Of a stretch of 64,000 bases of DNA, positions 63,593 to 64,000 are shown piece by piece. The stretch's first letter is position 1. Each line of letters opens with the position of its first letter. Under the pieces are notes generated by a model. That model was not told the origin of the DNA, did not search any database, and saw nothing but the letters and a program-made list of their open reading frames with translations. Both the position numbers and the translations under genes were made by a program. Source of the stretch: Owenia fusiformis (taxonomy: Eukaryota); the NCBI GenBank assembly GCA_903813345.2, contig CAIIXF020000001.1:6758001-6822000 (forward strand), given 5' to 3'.

Positions 63593-64000
63593 AGTACCCC
63601 ATGTGCGCCGAGGATCCCCGTCAAGGTTTATACACAGTCAACCCCCGGGAATTTTCCCCATATTGGGTTGACCTTTTTACATTCACAAAGCAAATGTTTT
63701 GAAGTACAAAGGGAGCGAGAACTTTGAATATTACCGTTCCACTTAGAAATCATATATCCACAAGCAAGTAAATTGTTTAAAATCTTATAATTAAATTCTG
63801 CAAAGTGTCTATAGTTAAGGTTTATAGATTTTTGAAGGTAAATATTGTTCCAGATTTTGTTATCTTGAATATTAAATTCTTTGTTCCATTTAAACTCTAT
63901 TTTGTTATGTTTATTTTCAAATTTGAAGTTAATTAATTCATTGTAAAAGAATTTTGCCTTCTTTCATTTTCATTTAAATCAACATATCTGTTTCCTATTA

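Noticed and set aside
59683-63671. Short repetitive ORFs (59683-60015, 62431-62724, 63420-63671)
   Set aside because: Translations of satellite monomers and GGAC microsatellites.

Overview
AT-rich, intron-rich eukaryotic DNA from an invertebrate animal; a lophotrochozoan origin is inferred from the gene and repeat content. Five protein-coding genes are supported. (1) The 3' part of an FMRFamide-receptor-like class A GPCR (+, to 700). (2) A multi-exon mitochondrial RNA polymerase, POLRMT (-, about 17978 down to 2132); its last exons lie left of the window, so the GPCR appears nested in one of its introns. (3) TRAIP (+, two coding exons), head-to-head with POLRMT across a compact promoter with paired ZNF143/Staf-like motifs. 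(4) The 3' 15 exons of a ROCO-family gene (-) reading COR-TIR-TIR-C-terminal domain and ending in a CaaX box. (5) An intronless UDP-glycosyltransferase (+), apparently nested antisense in a ROCO intron. Introns and intergenic DNA are full of non-autonomous mobile elements: CACTA-, hAT-, Kolobok-, Transib-, Mutator- and piggyBac-like elements, a solo LTR, LINE remnants, Helentron-type satellite carriers and long-hairpin modules. The most notable observations are a 75-bp tandem array that multiplies a POLRMT exon end and its splice donor in frame (10 donors, split by a CACTA-like insertion), and the ROCO-TIR-TIR-CaaX protein, a candidate membrane-anchored immune signalling switch. All exon boundaries were derived by eye from GT-AG sites and reading-frame continuity; no database search was run.
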